Below the pieces are notes generated by a model. It saw nothing but the letters and a program-made list of their open reading frames with translations. It was not told the DNA's origin and ran no database searches. A DNA stretch of 64,000 nt from an uncultured Candidatus Binatia bacterium. GTDB taxonomy: Bacteria; Desulfobacterota; Binatia; UBA9968; JAJDTQ01. Shown in pieces: positions 18,597-28,327 of the stretch (position 1 is the first letter of the stretch; every line of letters begins with the position of its first letter). The position numbers and the translations under genes were made by a program. The stretch covers positions 544,001 through 608,000 of the forward strand of contig OZ219754.1 of assembly GCA_964291295.2 (NCBI GenBank), in the 5' to 3' direction.

Positions 18597-19598
18597 ATGC
18601 GCTTTTCGATTCACGGACCCGCCCGCAACGCCCACCAGATCACCCGCCGCGCCGCCGCCGCGGAGGCCTTGGGCTTCCATGCCCTGTTCTTTGCCGACGG
18701 TCATCTGAACAACCTGGACGGATTCCAGGCCATGACCGCGTGCGCGCTGCGAACCGAACGGCTTCGCTTCGGCACCGCCGTCACCACCATGGCCTATCGC
18801 GACCCCACGGCCCTGGCGTCATCCGCGGCCACGGCCAACGAGTTCTCCGGAGGGCGGGCGATACTCGGACTCGGAACCGGCGACGGCTCCACCTATCGGC
18901 TGGGACGCAGGGCCACGCCCCTCGCCGACTTCGGGGCCGGACTCGCCACCATCCGTGAACTGCTTCAGGGGCGTTCCATCGAAGTACCCCCCGGCAAGGA
19001 AGGCGCCGGCGCGGTCTCCCTCAACGCCGGCAGGATTCCGGTGCCGATCTACGTGGCCGCGGTGGGGCCCCGGAGCCTGCGGGTGGCCGGGCGCCATGCC
19101 GACGGCGTCATCCTGGGTACCGGGTTCGACCTGGACGTGCTGGCGTGGGCGCGGGCGCGCATCGCCGCCGGCGCCAGCGAGGGCGGCCGCGAGCCGTCCG
19201 CCATCGATATCGCACTGGCGGGGATGATCTGCGTGCATGAGGACGGCGACCGCGCCCGCGACCTGGTGCGCGTGCGCCTGGCCAACCGCGCCCACCACAA
19301 CTTCCGCTTCACCATGGAGACCGTGCCGTTGCGGGAGCGCGACGGCGTCCGGCGGTTCATGTCCGCCTTCGACATCAGCAGGCCGCTGGAGGAACGGGCG
19401 GACCCGGCGCTGATCACGGACTACCTGCTGCGGCGCTTCGCCATCGCCGGCACGCCGCGGGAATGCGCCGCCCGCATCCGGAAGCTGGCCGAGGCCGGCG
19501 TCTCCCACGTGCTGCTGACACCCCCCATGCGCGTGTTCGACGAAGTCGTGGAACTCTGGGGGCGCGAGGTCCTGCCGGCCTGCGCCGACACACCGTAA
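18597..19598 (+). CDS. LLM-class flavin-dependent oxidoreductase
   Basis: AEALGFH...TERLRFGTAVT...SGGRAILGLGTG, PIYVAAVGPRSLRVAGRHADGV, AIAGTP. Confidence 0.88.
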   Translation: MRFSIHGPARNAHQITRRAAAAEALGFHALFFADGHLNNLDGFQAMTACALRTERLRFGTAVTTMAYRDPTALASSAATANEFSGGRAILGLGTGDGSTYRLGRRATPLADFGAGLATIRELLQGRSIEVPPGKEGAGAVSLNAGRIPVPIYVAAVGPRSLRVAGRHADGVILGTGFDLDVLAWARARIAAGASEGGREPSAIDIALAGMICVHEDGDRARDLVRVRLANRAHHNFRFTMETVPLRERDGVRRFMSAFDISRPLEERADPALITDYLLRRFAIAGTPRECAARIRKLAEAGVSHVLLTPPMRVFDEVVELWGREVLPACADTP

Positions 19599-19740
19599 GC
19601 CGACACCAGGGGGAAAGGCCCGTGCCGGACCCGGACCCCGCACCCGCGCGGACCTGGTGCGCACGTGGTGCCGCCCGCTTGTCGGATACCATGCCACGGG
19701 GCGGACGGTACGGTTCGCCAAGGCCCGATGCGGCGTCCCG

Positions 19741-19985
19741 TCACGAGTCGAGGCTGGCGGCGTTCCGCCACGGCCAGGAGAACAGCGCGGTGGCGGCGAC
19801 GGCACCGAGAAGCTGTGCGACAAGGAAAGCCGGCACGCTGTCCGGTGCGATGCCGGAAAAGGTATCGGTCAACGAACGTGCGCGGGTGACGGCCGGATTG
19901 GCGAAGGATGTCGAGGAAGTGAACCGGTATCCGGCGGCAATGAACAGACCCACCGCGCAGGGCACGACGGAAGGGCGCACTCCGC
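19741..19985 (-). pseudogene. MIP/aquaporin (AqpS-like) C-terminal remnant
   Basis: AVGLFIAAGY.FTSSTSFANPAVT.ARSLTDTFSGIAP..VPAFLVAQLLGA contains the second NPA motif; the N-terminal half is absent. Confidence 0.72.
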
Positions 19986-20047
19986 CCTCACCGAGCGCGA
20001 TTCCGGCGCACCCGCGGATACGCCCGGCAACAGCCGGGGCACGGAGC

Positions 20048-21007
20048 CTACCGGCCGTTGCCGGCGCCCTCCCCGCTCGCCGCATGGGGGCCGTAGAGGT
20101 CCGTCTCCATGAGCTCCGCGGCGGCGGCGCCGGCGTCGGTGAGACGCAGGGTGCAGCGCGACTCCAGCATCCAGGCGCCATAGCCCTGGGGCACGTTCTC
20201 GGACGGGCCGTGATGCAGGACGCCCTTGGGGACGCAGGTCAACGTGCCCGGCTCGTTCACGCCGCCCCAGGCACCCGGTCCCTCGAAGTAGTAGATCAGT
20301 TCGTCGTAGTCCACGTTGTTGTGGATGGGCGGGCGGCGGCGGTGACGCGCGCTCAGATTGTAGAACAGTTCGTCCCGGCCGGGCGACGACATGAACTGCA
20401 CCGGCGGACCGTTGTCATCGGTGGGGACATCCCCGAGAGCCAGCTTCCACACCGGGCTGGGACCGTCCACAAGGGCCTGGGTGGCCAGCGGATTCGTCGG
20501 CTTGACGTACCGGGTCACGCCGTCAAACGACCTGAGCAGCCACACCGTCTCCACATCCTCGGCTTCACCCTCGCCGATGGTCGCGCGACGGAGTCCGGCA
20601 CCGAAGGTCGGCGACGGATCGAAACGGAGCGCACCCGGGGTCTCGACGATGACCGACAGACTGGACCCCGTCAGGGGCCGGACGCGGTAGGGGATGCCGC
20701 GGGGAATCACCACGAAGTCGCCCGGTGCCCCGGTAATCGTGCCGTAGGCGGTGCGGAATTCCAGCTCCCCCTCCTGCACGAAGTGCACCTCGTCAGCCTC
20801 GACGTTGGACACCACGAAGGGCATGGCGCGGGCGCGCCCGGAGACGCTGAGCCGGACGCCCGTGCGCCCGGCGTGGAAGACCACGGGCAGCGCCTCCGCC
20901 GCATCGCGTTCCGGCAGCGCCACGGCCGCCACATGGAGCCGGTGCGGCACATGCGGCCCCGTAACCGAGATGTAGTCCGGGCTGTGATGCATGCGGGTGA
21001 CGTTCAC
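20048..21007 (-). CDS. Homogentisate 1,2-dioxygenase-like cupin protein (probably 5'-truncated)
   Basis: NVEADEVHFVQEG, GDFVVIPRGIPYR, PPIHNNVDYDELIYY and HHGP metal ligands; upstream in-frame RGGFAG has no native start or RBS. Confidence 0.7.
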   Translation of the reverse strand: MNVTRMHHSPDYISVTGPHVPHRLHVAAVALPERDAAEALPVVFHAGRTGVRLSVSGRARAMPFVVSNVEADEVHFVQEGELEFRTAYGTITGAPGDFVVIPRGIPYRVRPLTGSSLSVIVETPGALRFDPSPTFGAGLRRATIGEGEAEDVETVWLLRSFDGVTRYVKPTNPLATQALVDGPSPVWKLALGDVPTDDNGPPVQFMSSPGRDELFYNLSARHRRRPPIHNNVDYDELIYYFEGPGAWGGVNEPGTLTCVPKGVLHHGPSENVPQGYGAWMLESRCTLRLTDAGAAAAELMETDLYGPHAASGEGAGNGR

Positions 21008-21029
21008 GCCGGTCCCGGCGAACCCGCCC

Positions 21030-21350
21030 CGTGCTCCCGGCGGTGTGCATGGGGATGAAACCGTTGATGCCGCACACGGTCACCGTGCTCTGCCCGGGCC
21101 TGTAGCCCCGGCTGACGTGCCAGGGCTCCCAGGGACTCTTCTCCTCGTTCTCGCCAAAGCAGAAACTGTACTTGCCGGGCCAGCCGAAGGTGGCGCGGTC
21201 AGTGTCCCCCGGGTAGCCGCCGCCGATGGTGATGAGGATCAATCGGATGGCGCGGCCGATGGTCGCGTTGGCCCGGTGGCCGGGGCCGAATGCGCCGGCG
21301 TCGCTGTGGATGCCGAGAACGTTGCGGACCGGGCCGTTGACCAGCTCGAA
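21030..21350 (-). pseudogene. Internal fragment of a conserved hypothetical protein (type usually found beside UGSC-motif proteins)
   Basis: LVNGP...GAFGPGHRANATIGRAIRLILITIGG..PG..DRATFGWPGKYSFCFGENEEKSPW...STVTV; both termini missing. Confidence 0.6.
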
Positions 21351-21562
21351 AGAAGCGAACCAGGCCGTCGTATCGCCCGGACCGGCATCCGGGCTGCAAG
21401 AGATCCGTCAGCCCTTCATCACCTCGCGCAAAAACCCGTCCCTGACCAGCCGCTCGCGGTGAACACGCGTCAACTCGCCGGAGCGGAAGACCCGTGCCCT
21501 CGCTCCCGGAGCCTCCGGAGCTGCGCCAGCGACGCAGCCAGCTTCTCATTCGGTGTGGCCAT
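21351..21562 (-). pseudogene. Fic-family protein N-terminal remnant
   Basis: MATPNEKLAASLAQLRRL / VFRSGELTRVHRERLVRDGFLREVMKG*...GDTTAWFASF, with a frameshift and a Trp-to-stop change; resembles the N-terminus of large Fic proteins as I recall it. Confidence 0.6.
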
Positions 21563-21880
21563 GCCTGACTATCCGCGTGCTTTCACAAGTTCAACGCGCC
21601 GCATCATTGCAAGTATAGGGTGCCGTAACCTGTCAAGTCCATGATGCCGTACATATACAAGTAAATTGCGATGTAGCACCACGTCTTTGCTGCAGAGCGA
21701 CGCCCGCGGGAAGCGTGAATTGCGGACGCCCCCAAGGGTAGGAATTACCAGTCTGGCAAGCTAAGATTGCCGCCGGACCCGATGCACGGCGGCGGCACAG
21801 CGGTGGAGACCGGATCGCCGGCGCCAGCCTTGGCTTCCGGAACCTTGACTTCCGGAAGTATCGCGGAAGAGTCGCAATCC

Positions 21881-24337
21881 ATGGACGCCCGACACATCCA
21901 GTTTCTGGATCTACTGGACGGACAGGTTCAGTACGTGGTGCCGCGCTGGCAACGCCGCTACCGCTGGGGCGAATCCGACATCGAACGGCTGGTCGCTGAT
22001 CTCTTGACGATTGCCGCTGCCGATTCCAGTGCGACGCACTACGGCGGCACCCTGCTCACCTTCCCGGACCCCGGCGCGGCCGGCGTGGTGAGGGCCATCC
22101 GGGTCGTCGACGGCCAGCAGCGGCTGACCACGGTGAGCATTCTGCTCGCCTCCATCGCGGCCGAACTCGGTTCCGGGGGCGACTGCGACGGCTGGACCCG
22201 GCAGATCATTCTCGACGACCGTTTGACCAATCCCGGCAAGCCACCGGAGAAACGCCGCAAGCTGCGGCTGCAGGACGGAGACGAGGAGGAGTACCGCCTC
22301 GGCCTTGAAGGTGCTCCGGCCGGTCTCGGCGCGGTTTCTCAAGCCTGGAGGATCGCCCGCCGTCTGGTGGCCGGAAACGACGTGGGCCTTCTGCTCAAGG
22401 GCCTCGGACGGCTGCGAGTGGTCAGCATCGGCCTCGACGACAGGGATGATCCACAGCAGATATTCGAGAGCCTGAACGCCACCGGCCGGCCGCTGACGGA
22501 GAGCGAGAAGGTCAAGAACTGGCTGCTCATGGGACTTCCCGATGCGGAGCAGCAGGACCTTCACGACAATGGGTGGCTGCGGATCGAGCGTCTTCTGGAC
22601 GCCAGGCATGCAAGCGAACGCACGGACATGTTCCTGCGGGATTTTCTTCGATGGCAGACGGGCCAGACCCACGGCATCGACCGTGTCTACGACGGGGTCC
22701 GCAGGTGGGCTTTGCAACATGGGCGGGACCGTGACCGGCCGGTGCTGTGCCGTGATCTCGCGCGTCTTGCCGGTCTCTACGGAATGATCACCGGCACGGC
22801 GCAGGGCCATGAGAACGTCAAGGTCGAACGGGAACTCCGGCATCTGCGCGAACTCGGAATTGATGTCCACCGGCCATTGACGCTGCGGCTGCTGAACGAC
22901 GCCGACGAGGACGACTTTGCGGGCGGCGGGGATGCGGCGCTCGCGAAGACGCTTGCCGGGATCGGCACGTGGATGACGCGGATGTGGCTGGCGGATCGCA
23001 AGACCGCCGGGACGAACACGGCGATTGCGGAACTCGCGCGTGAAACCGGACCCGATGGGGGCGCGGATCCTGCGGCGCACTGGCTCGAACGAATCGACCG
23101 GCTGCGGAACAGGCGCGCCGGGGTGCCGGGTGACGAGGACGTTCGGGAGGGCATGCGCACGCGGAAAGCCTACGGCGGAAGCGCGACCCGGAGCACGTTG
23201 GCGGTGCTGTGCGAATTGATGGAAGCCGAACACCGTGAAGAGGCGCCGGCGCGAGGCCGTCTGACCATCGAACACGTGATGCCGCAGAAGCTGACCGACG
23301 AGTGGAAACGCCATCTGGGAGACGACGCGGAAGCAATGCATGGGCGGTGGCGTGACCGCCTTGCGAATCTGACGCTGAGCGGGGACGCCACCAACTCGGG
23401 GATGGGCGCGAACACGTTTGACGCGAAGCGGGAGGTTTACCGCAACAGTTCCATCGGCATGACGCGGTTCATCGCCAACGAGAGCGAATGGAACGAGGCC
23501 GCGCTCGAGCGGCGCGCCGAAGACCTGGTGCGGCGGGGGCTCGCGCGCTGGCCATGGACCAGCCTGCCGGCGCGGCGTGCGGCGGCGAGGCCCCGTTGGC
23601 GGGTCGGGGACGGCCCCTGGCGGAGCGAAGCGGCGGCGAGCCAGATGGTTTTGAATGTCGCGGCGGAATTGCTGAACCGGGATCCTGCCAATGCGCGGAA
23701 ACTGTCGGGGCAGGCGATCATATCGAACATCCATCCGGCCGGACAGTATCCGCCGGGGACAACGGCAAACTCGATCACCACGCGCATGCGCGGCGTGCCG
23801 GGACACGAAGCGTATATGCTCTATCCCTACGGATCCCTACCGCGCCTAGCGCAACGATGCCGGGATATGGGCAGCCGATGCGGGGTCGCGGTGGAGGTCC
23901 AATTCGACGAGGACAGCACCACCCGGGAATTTTGGAAATTCCTCAAGGACCACGCGGGCGGCGTTCCGGGACAAAAGGATGATTGGCAAGGCCCCGTGCA
24001 GTGGTCGGTTCGAGAGGGCGGGCCGAGCGACTGTGTCGGAATCCATGTCGGCAACCCGGAGTTGCTGTGGCTCTGCATCAGATCGGGCGAGAGCCAGGCG
24101 TCCGGGGAAAGAGCGGCTCGAATGACCCGTTACTCCTGGATCATCCGCGAAAGCATGGGCGACCAGCAGATCGGAGACGACCTGGACGGGAACAGTGAGA
24201 AGGGCAGGAGCATAGCGGTCCGGAGGCCCTGGGTGGGCGATGACGAAGGCGAATGGCCCGATGCCGCCCAATGGATCCGGGAGCAATGCGACAGATTGCA
24301 CGGGATTGTGAGTGACAGCCGCGGCCATGCGTCATGA
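21881..24337 (+). CDS. GmrSD-family (DUF262 + DUF1524/HNH) putative modification-dependent restriction nuclease with C-terminal extension
   Basis: VPRWQRRYRW, VVDGQQRLTT, IFESLNATGRPLT, LTIEHVMPQ, RLANLTL...NS; about 240 extra C-terminal residues. Confidence 0.88.
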   Translation: MDARHIQFLDLLDGQVQYVVPRWQRRYRWGESDIERLVADLLTIAAADSSATHYGGTLLTFPDPGAAGVVRAIRVVDGQQRLTTVSILLASIAAELGSGGDCDGWTRQIILDDRLTNPGKPPEKRRKLRLQDGDEEEYRLGLEGAPAGLGAVSQAWRIARRLVAGNDVGLLLKGLGRLRVVSIGLDDRDDPQQIFESLNATGRPLTESEKVKNWLLMGLPDAEQQDLHDNGWLRIERLLDARHASERTDMFLRDFLRWQTGQTHGIDRVYDGVRRWALQHGRDRDRPVLCRDLARLAGLYGMITGTAQGHENVKVERELRHLRELGIDVHRPLTLRLLNDADEDDFAGGGDAALAKTLAGIGTWMTRMWLADRKTAGTNTAIAELARETGPDGGADPAAHWLERIDRLRNRRAGVPGDEDVREGMRTRKAYGGSATRSTLAVLCELMEAEHREEAPARGRLTIEHVMPQKLTDEWKRHLGDDAEAMHGRWRDRLANLTLSGDATNSGMGANTFDAKREVYRNSSIGMTRFIANESEWNEAALERRAEDLVRRGLARWPWTSLPARRAAARPRWRVGDGPWRSEAAASQMVLNVAAELLNRDPANARKLSGQAIISNIHPAGQYPPGTTANSITTRMRGVPGHEAYMLYPYGSLPRLAQRCRDMGSRCGVAVEVQFDEDSTTREFWKFLKDHAGGVPGQKDDWQGPVQWSVREGGPSDCVGIHVGNPELLWLCIRSGESQASGERAARMTRYSWIIRESMGDQQIGDDLDGNSEKGRSIAVRRPWVGDDEGEWPDAAQWIREQCDRLHGIVSDSRGHAS

Positions 24338-24599
24338 AGCGGGGCGCTTCGATTCAAGGCGCGGAGTTCGAGGAACCGGATCCATGCGCGGGAGAACGGA
24401 GTTCGGCTGTCCAGGCGGCGTCATCCAGGTGGCTTCATGTCCGGACTCTTCCGACGCCACCCGGACGTGCCCGCCCGACGATGGCCGCATCAACTTCCGA
24501 TGAAGCCGAAAGAGAAATCGGCGGCCGGGAGAAGCCTCGGAAGCGGAGTGGACGAAGGGGTGGAAGAAACTTCAGGATCACAGCCGGGGGCAGGAATCC

Positions 24600-25469
24600 A
24601 TGGACTACTTTGAACCCAGGACCGTGAGCGAGGCGCTGTCGCTGCTGGAGCAGCGCGGCGGCCGGGCGGAGGTCATCGCCGGCGGCACCGACGTGATGGT
24701 GGACCTCAAGTACAAGGACGAGCCGGGATGTCTCGTGAACATCAAGCGGATCCCGGACCTGAATGCCATCCGCGCGGACACGGACGGCGTCCGCATCGGC
24801 CCGTTGGCCACCATCCACGAACTTGAGGAGAGCGACCTCGTGCGTGAGCGGCTGCCGCTTCTGTGGCAGGCCGCGCATCAGTTCGCCTCGCTGCAGATCC
24901 GGAACACGGCCACCATCGGCGGCAACATCTGCCGGGCCTCTCCTTCCGGCGAGACCCTGGCACCGCTGCTGGTGCTGGAGGCGGAGGCCGAGACGACCTT
25001 CTCCGACGGCGTCCGCACCGAGCCGTTCGACGCCTTCTTCCGGGGGCCGGGCGAGACGAGCCTCGGCTCCAGGGGGCTGTTGACGGACATCGCGGTGCCG
25101 TTCCCCGCCGCCGGAAGCCATGCCGTGTACCTCAAGCACGCGGTGCGCGGCCCCATGGACATCGCCATGGTGGGGGTGGCGGTGATGGCCACCGCCAATG
25201 CGGACAAGACCGCGCTGGACGACGTGCGCATCGGACTCGGGGCGGTGGCGCCAACGCCCATCCGCGCCGGCAGGACCGAGGCGCTGGTGAGCGGCAAGGC
25301 GCTGGACGCCGCCCTGCTGAAGGAAGCGGGGGCCTGCGCGGCTTCGGAATCGAGCCCCATTACCGATCAACGCAGCAGCGGCGAGTACCGCGGCTGGATC
25401 GTCGAAGCGCTGACACGGCGCGGGCTGGAACAGTGCTGGCAAGCTTTGACCGGCAAGGAGGTGGCGTGA
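24600..25469 (+). CDS. Xanthine dehydrogenase/CoxM-family FAD-binding subunit
   Basis: IAGGTD, IRNTATIGGNIC, RIGLGAVAPTPIRA. Confidence 0.9.
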   Translation: MDYFEPRTVSEALSLLEQRGGRAEVIAGGTDVMVDLKYKDEPGCLVNIKRIPDLNAIRADTDGVRIGPLATIHELEESDLVRERLPLLWQAAHQFASLQIRNTATIGGNICRASPSGETLAPLLVLEAEAETTFSDGVRTEPFDAFFRGPGETSLGSRGLLTDIAVPFPAAGSHAVYLKHAVRGPMDIAMVGVAVMATANADKTALDDVRIGLGAVAPTPIRAGRTEALVSGKALDAALLKEAGACAASESSPITDQRSSGEYRGWIVEALTRRGLEQCWQALTGKEVA

Positions 25470-25936
25470 TGAGCCTTGAGATCACACTGACGGTAAACGG
25501 CCGTTCCCATACGGCCGAACTGGAGCCGTCCACCGCGCTGGTGGACTTCCTGCGCGACACGCTGGGCTACAAGGGCGTCAAGCTCTGCTGCAACACGGGC
25601 GAGTGCGGCGCCTGCACCATTCTCATGAACGGCAAGCCGGTGAACTCCTGCGTGGTGCCGGGAGCGGACGCGGACGGAGCCGACCTGGTGACCGTGGAGG
25701 GCATCGCCGACGGCGACGCGCTCCACCCGGTCCAGCAGGCCTTCATCGACACCGGCGCGGTACAGTGCGGCTATTGTACCCCGGGTTTCATCGTCTCCCT
25801 CAAGGCGCTGCTCGACCGCACCGCGAACCCGACGGCGGAGGAGGTGGAGGAAGCCATCTCGGGCAACATCTGCCGGTGCACGGGCTACACCAAGATATTC
25901 GACGCCGTGGAGCTCGCGGCCAGGCGGATGGCGTGA
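25469..25936 (+). CDS. (2Fe-2S)-binding subunit, CoxS family
   Basis: CNTGECGACT...NSC, QCGYCTPG, GNICRCTGY; start overlaps the upstream stop. Confidence 0.92.
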   Translation: MSLEITLTVNGRSHTAELEPSTALVDFLRDTLGYKGVKLCCNTGECGACTILMNGKPVNSCVVPGADADGADLVTVEGIADGDALHPVQQAFIDTGAVQCGYCTPGFIVSLKALLDRTANPTAEEVEEAISGNICRCTGYTKIFDAVELAARRMA

Positions 25937-25969
25937 ATCGCCGTCAACGGACGGGAAGGAGTCAGGCCC

Positions 25970-28255
25970 ATGGCAAAGGCTGAATACACGGTCCTGGGAA
26001 CCGACATGCCCCGCATGGGCGGGGTCGAGCGGGTGGTGGGCAAGGGCATCTACGGCATCGACCTGAACCTGCCCGACGCCCTGCGCGGCGGCGTGTTGCG
26101 GAGCGCGTACGCCCACGCGAAGATCGTCCGCATCGAAACCCGCGCGGCCCGGGCCATTGCCGGCGTGCGCGCGGTGGTGACCGCGGCGGACGCACCGGAC
26201 AAGCGCTACGGCCGGTCCCTTATCGACCGTTACATCCTCGCCAGGGACAAGGTCCGCTACATGGGCGACCCGGTGGCGGCGGTGGCGGCGGACAGCCCGG
26301 CGCTGGTCAAGGAAGCCCTTGGCAAGATCGAGGTGACCTACGAGCCGCTGCCGGTGGTGGTGGATCCCGAAGCGGCGATGCGAGAGTCCGCGCCCACCCT
26401 TCACGAGGACATGCCGCTGCCCGGGAACCTGCCGGAAGGCGTCCAGATCAAGAACGTCTGCGGCTACACCGGGGTGAACATCGGCGACGCCGAGGCGGCC
26501 ATGGCGGAAGCCGATGTGGTGGTGGACGAGGTCTACGAGACCCGGATGATCCATCCCCAATACCTGGAGCCGCGCATTGCCGCGGCCCGGCCCGAAGCGG
26601 ACGGCCGCATCACCGTCTGGGCCAACGCCCAGGCGCCGTTCCCGGTGCGCACGGAGGTCGCCAGCCTGACCGGACTGCCCCTGAACCGCGTGCGCGTCCT
26701 TTCCACCGATATCGGCGGCGGCTTCGGCGGCAAGGGCAGCGGGGTCACCTCCAGTGCCGGGCTCGAACCCATCTGCGCGCTGCTGGCGCTGACCGCCGGG
26801 CAGCCGGTGATGATGGTGCTGGACAAGGCCGAGGAGACCATCTCCACCACCATCCGCTCGGGCTGCAAGATCTGGATCAAGAGCGGTGCCAGAAAGGACG
26901 GCACGCTGGTGGCGCGCCAGGGCAAGGTGGTGTACGACGCCGGCGGATACTCGGGCTTCGGCAACCAGGCCGGAGGGCGGTGCACCCAGATGGTGGGCGG
27001 CTGGTACCGCCTGCCCAACATCCACATGGACGGCTTCACCGTCTACACCAACAAGCAGGTGTGCGGGCCGGTGCGTGGGCCGGGCGGCCCGCAGGCCGCC
27101 TTTGCCCTGGAATCCCACATGGACTCCATCGCCGCCGAACTGGGCATGGACCCCGTCGAATTCCGCTTGAAGAACGCCCCCGAAAAGGGCGACAGCGTCG
27201 TCGGCGTCCCCAAGCTGCGCGACAGCTCGCTGGCGGAGACCCTGAACATCGCCAGGGAGAAGATCGGCTGGGGCAAGGTCCGGCTCGGCAGGAATCAGGG
27301 TATCGGGTTCGCCACCGGCGCCTGGATCGAGGGCGCCGGCCCCGGCGGCGGCGCGGTGGTGAAGGTCAACGAGGACGGCTCCGCCACGGTGCACATCGGC
27401 AAGGTGGACTACGGCACCGCCGCCCGGTTCGGCATCCCCATGATCGTCGCCGAGGTGCTGGGTATCCGCACCGACGACGTGACGGTGCTGAACGTGGACA
27501 CCGACGCCAGCCCCTGGGACGCGGGCACGGTGGGCAGCCGCTCGATGCTGGTGTCCGGCAATGCCGTCAAGCTGGCGGCGGAGGACGCCCGCAAACAGAT
27601 CCTGCGCATGGCCGCGGGACAGCTCGAAGCGAGCGCGGAGGATCTGGAGATCGTCGACAGGCAGATCCGGGTCAAGGGCGCGCCCTCCCGGTCGGTGTCG
27701 CTGGCGTCGGTGTGCAACGCGGGGCACAACGAAATCGGGGACGTCATCGGGCGGGGCTATTTCGACTCCAAGGCTTCCCAGGCCGACGAGCGCGAGCGCG
27801 GCAGCTCCCAGCCCTTCACCACCCACGCCGCAATGGTGGAAGTGGACACCGACACCGGCAATGTGAAGGTGCTGAAGTACGTGGCGGTGCACGATGTCGG
27901 CTTCGTGGTCCACCCCAAGGCGGTGGAAGGCCAGATCGAGGGCGCCGCCGCCATGAGCCTGGGGCAGGCGTTGTGCGAGCAGGTGGTCCACGACGACCAG
28001 GGGCGCACCCTGAATCCGACCTTCGTCGACTACCTGATGCCGACCATCAACATGCTCCCGCGCATTGAGGCCATTACCGTGTCCGGCTACCCCGGGGCCG
28101 GCCCCTACGGCACCAAGGGTGCCGGCGAGATCGGCTCCGTGCCGCCCATGGCCTGCATCGCCAACGCCATCTGCCACGCCACCGGGGTGCGCGTCCGCAG
28201 GCTTCCGCTGAGTCCCGAGAACGTGCTGCGGGCGTTGCGGGAAGCCGGCAAATAG
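25970..28255 (+). CDS. Xanthine dehydrogenase-family molybdopterin-binding subunit (substrate unknown)
   Basis: HPQYLEP, GGGFGGK, VRGPGGPQ, GTVGSRS, GQIEG, KGAGE; lacks the AYRCSFR loop of form I CO dehydrogenase. Confidence 0.92.
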   Translation: MAKAEYTVLGTDMPRMGGVERVVGKGIYGIDLNLPDALRGGVLRSAYAHAKIVRIETRAARAIAGVRAVVTAADAPDKRYGRSLIDRYILARDKVRYMGDPVAAVAADSPALVKEALGKIEVTYEPLPVVVDPEAAMRESAPTLHEDMPLPGNLPEGVQIKNVCGYTGVNIGDAEAAMAEADVVVDEVYETRMIHPQYLEPRIAAARPEADGRITVWANAQAPFPVRTEVASLTGLPLNRVRVLSTDIGGGFGGKGSGVTSSAGLEPICALLALTAGQPVMMVLDKAEETISTTIRSGCKIWIKSGARKDGTLVARQGKVVYDAGGYSGFGNQAGGRCTQMVGGWYRLPNIHMDGFTVYTNKQVCGPVRGPGGPQAAFALESHMDSIAAELGMDPVEFRLKNAPEKGDSVVGVPKLRDSSLAETLNIAREKIGWGKVRLGRNQGIGFATGAWIEGAGPGGGAVVKVNEDGSATVHIGKVDYGTAARFGIPMIVAEVLGIRTDDVTVLNVDTDASPWDAGTVGSRSMLVSGNAVKLAAEDARKQILRMAAGQLEASAEDLEIVDRQIRVKGAPSRSVSLASVCNAGHNEIGDVIGRGYFDSKASQADERERGSSQPFTTHAAMVEVDTDTGNVKVLKYVAVHDVGFVVHPKAVEGQIEGAAAMSLGQALCEQVVHDDQGRTLNPTFVDYLMPTINMLPRIEAITVSGYPGAGPYGTKGAGEIGSVPPMACIANAICHATGVRVRRLPLSPENVLRALREAGK

Positions 28256-28327
28256 CCCGACTCCGGATCGGGCGGCCGGTCGCATCCGGCAGTGAACCGC
28301 GACCGGCCGCCCGGCGGGTGAATCCGC

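Noticed and set aside
21612-21636. Minus-strand TTGACA...TATACT promoter upstream of the Fic remnant
   Set aside because: The spacer is only 13 nt, incompatible with sigma70 geometry
24600-28255. Aerobic CO dehydrogenase call for the M-S-L cluster
   Set aside because: The active-site loop reads VRGPG, not AYRCSFR or AYRGAGR, so it is a generic Mo-hydroxylase
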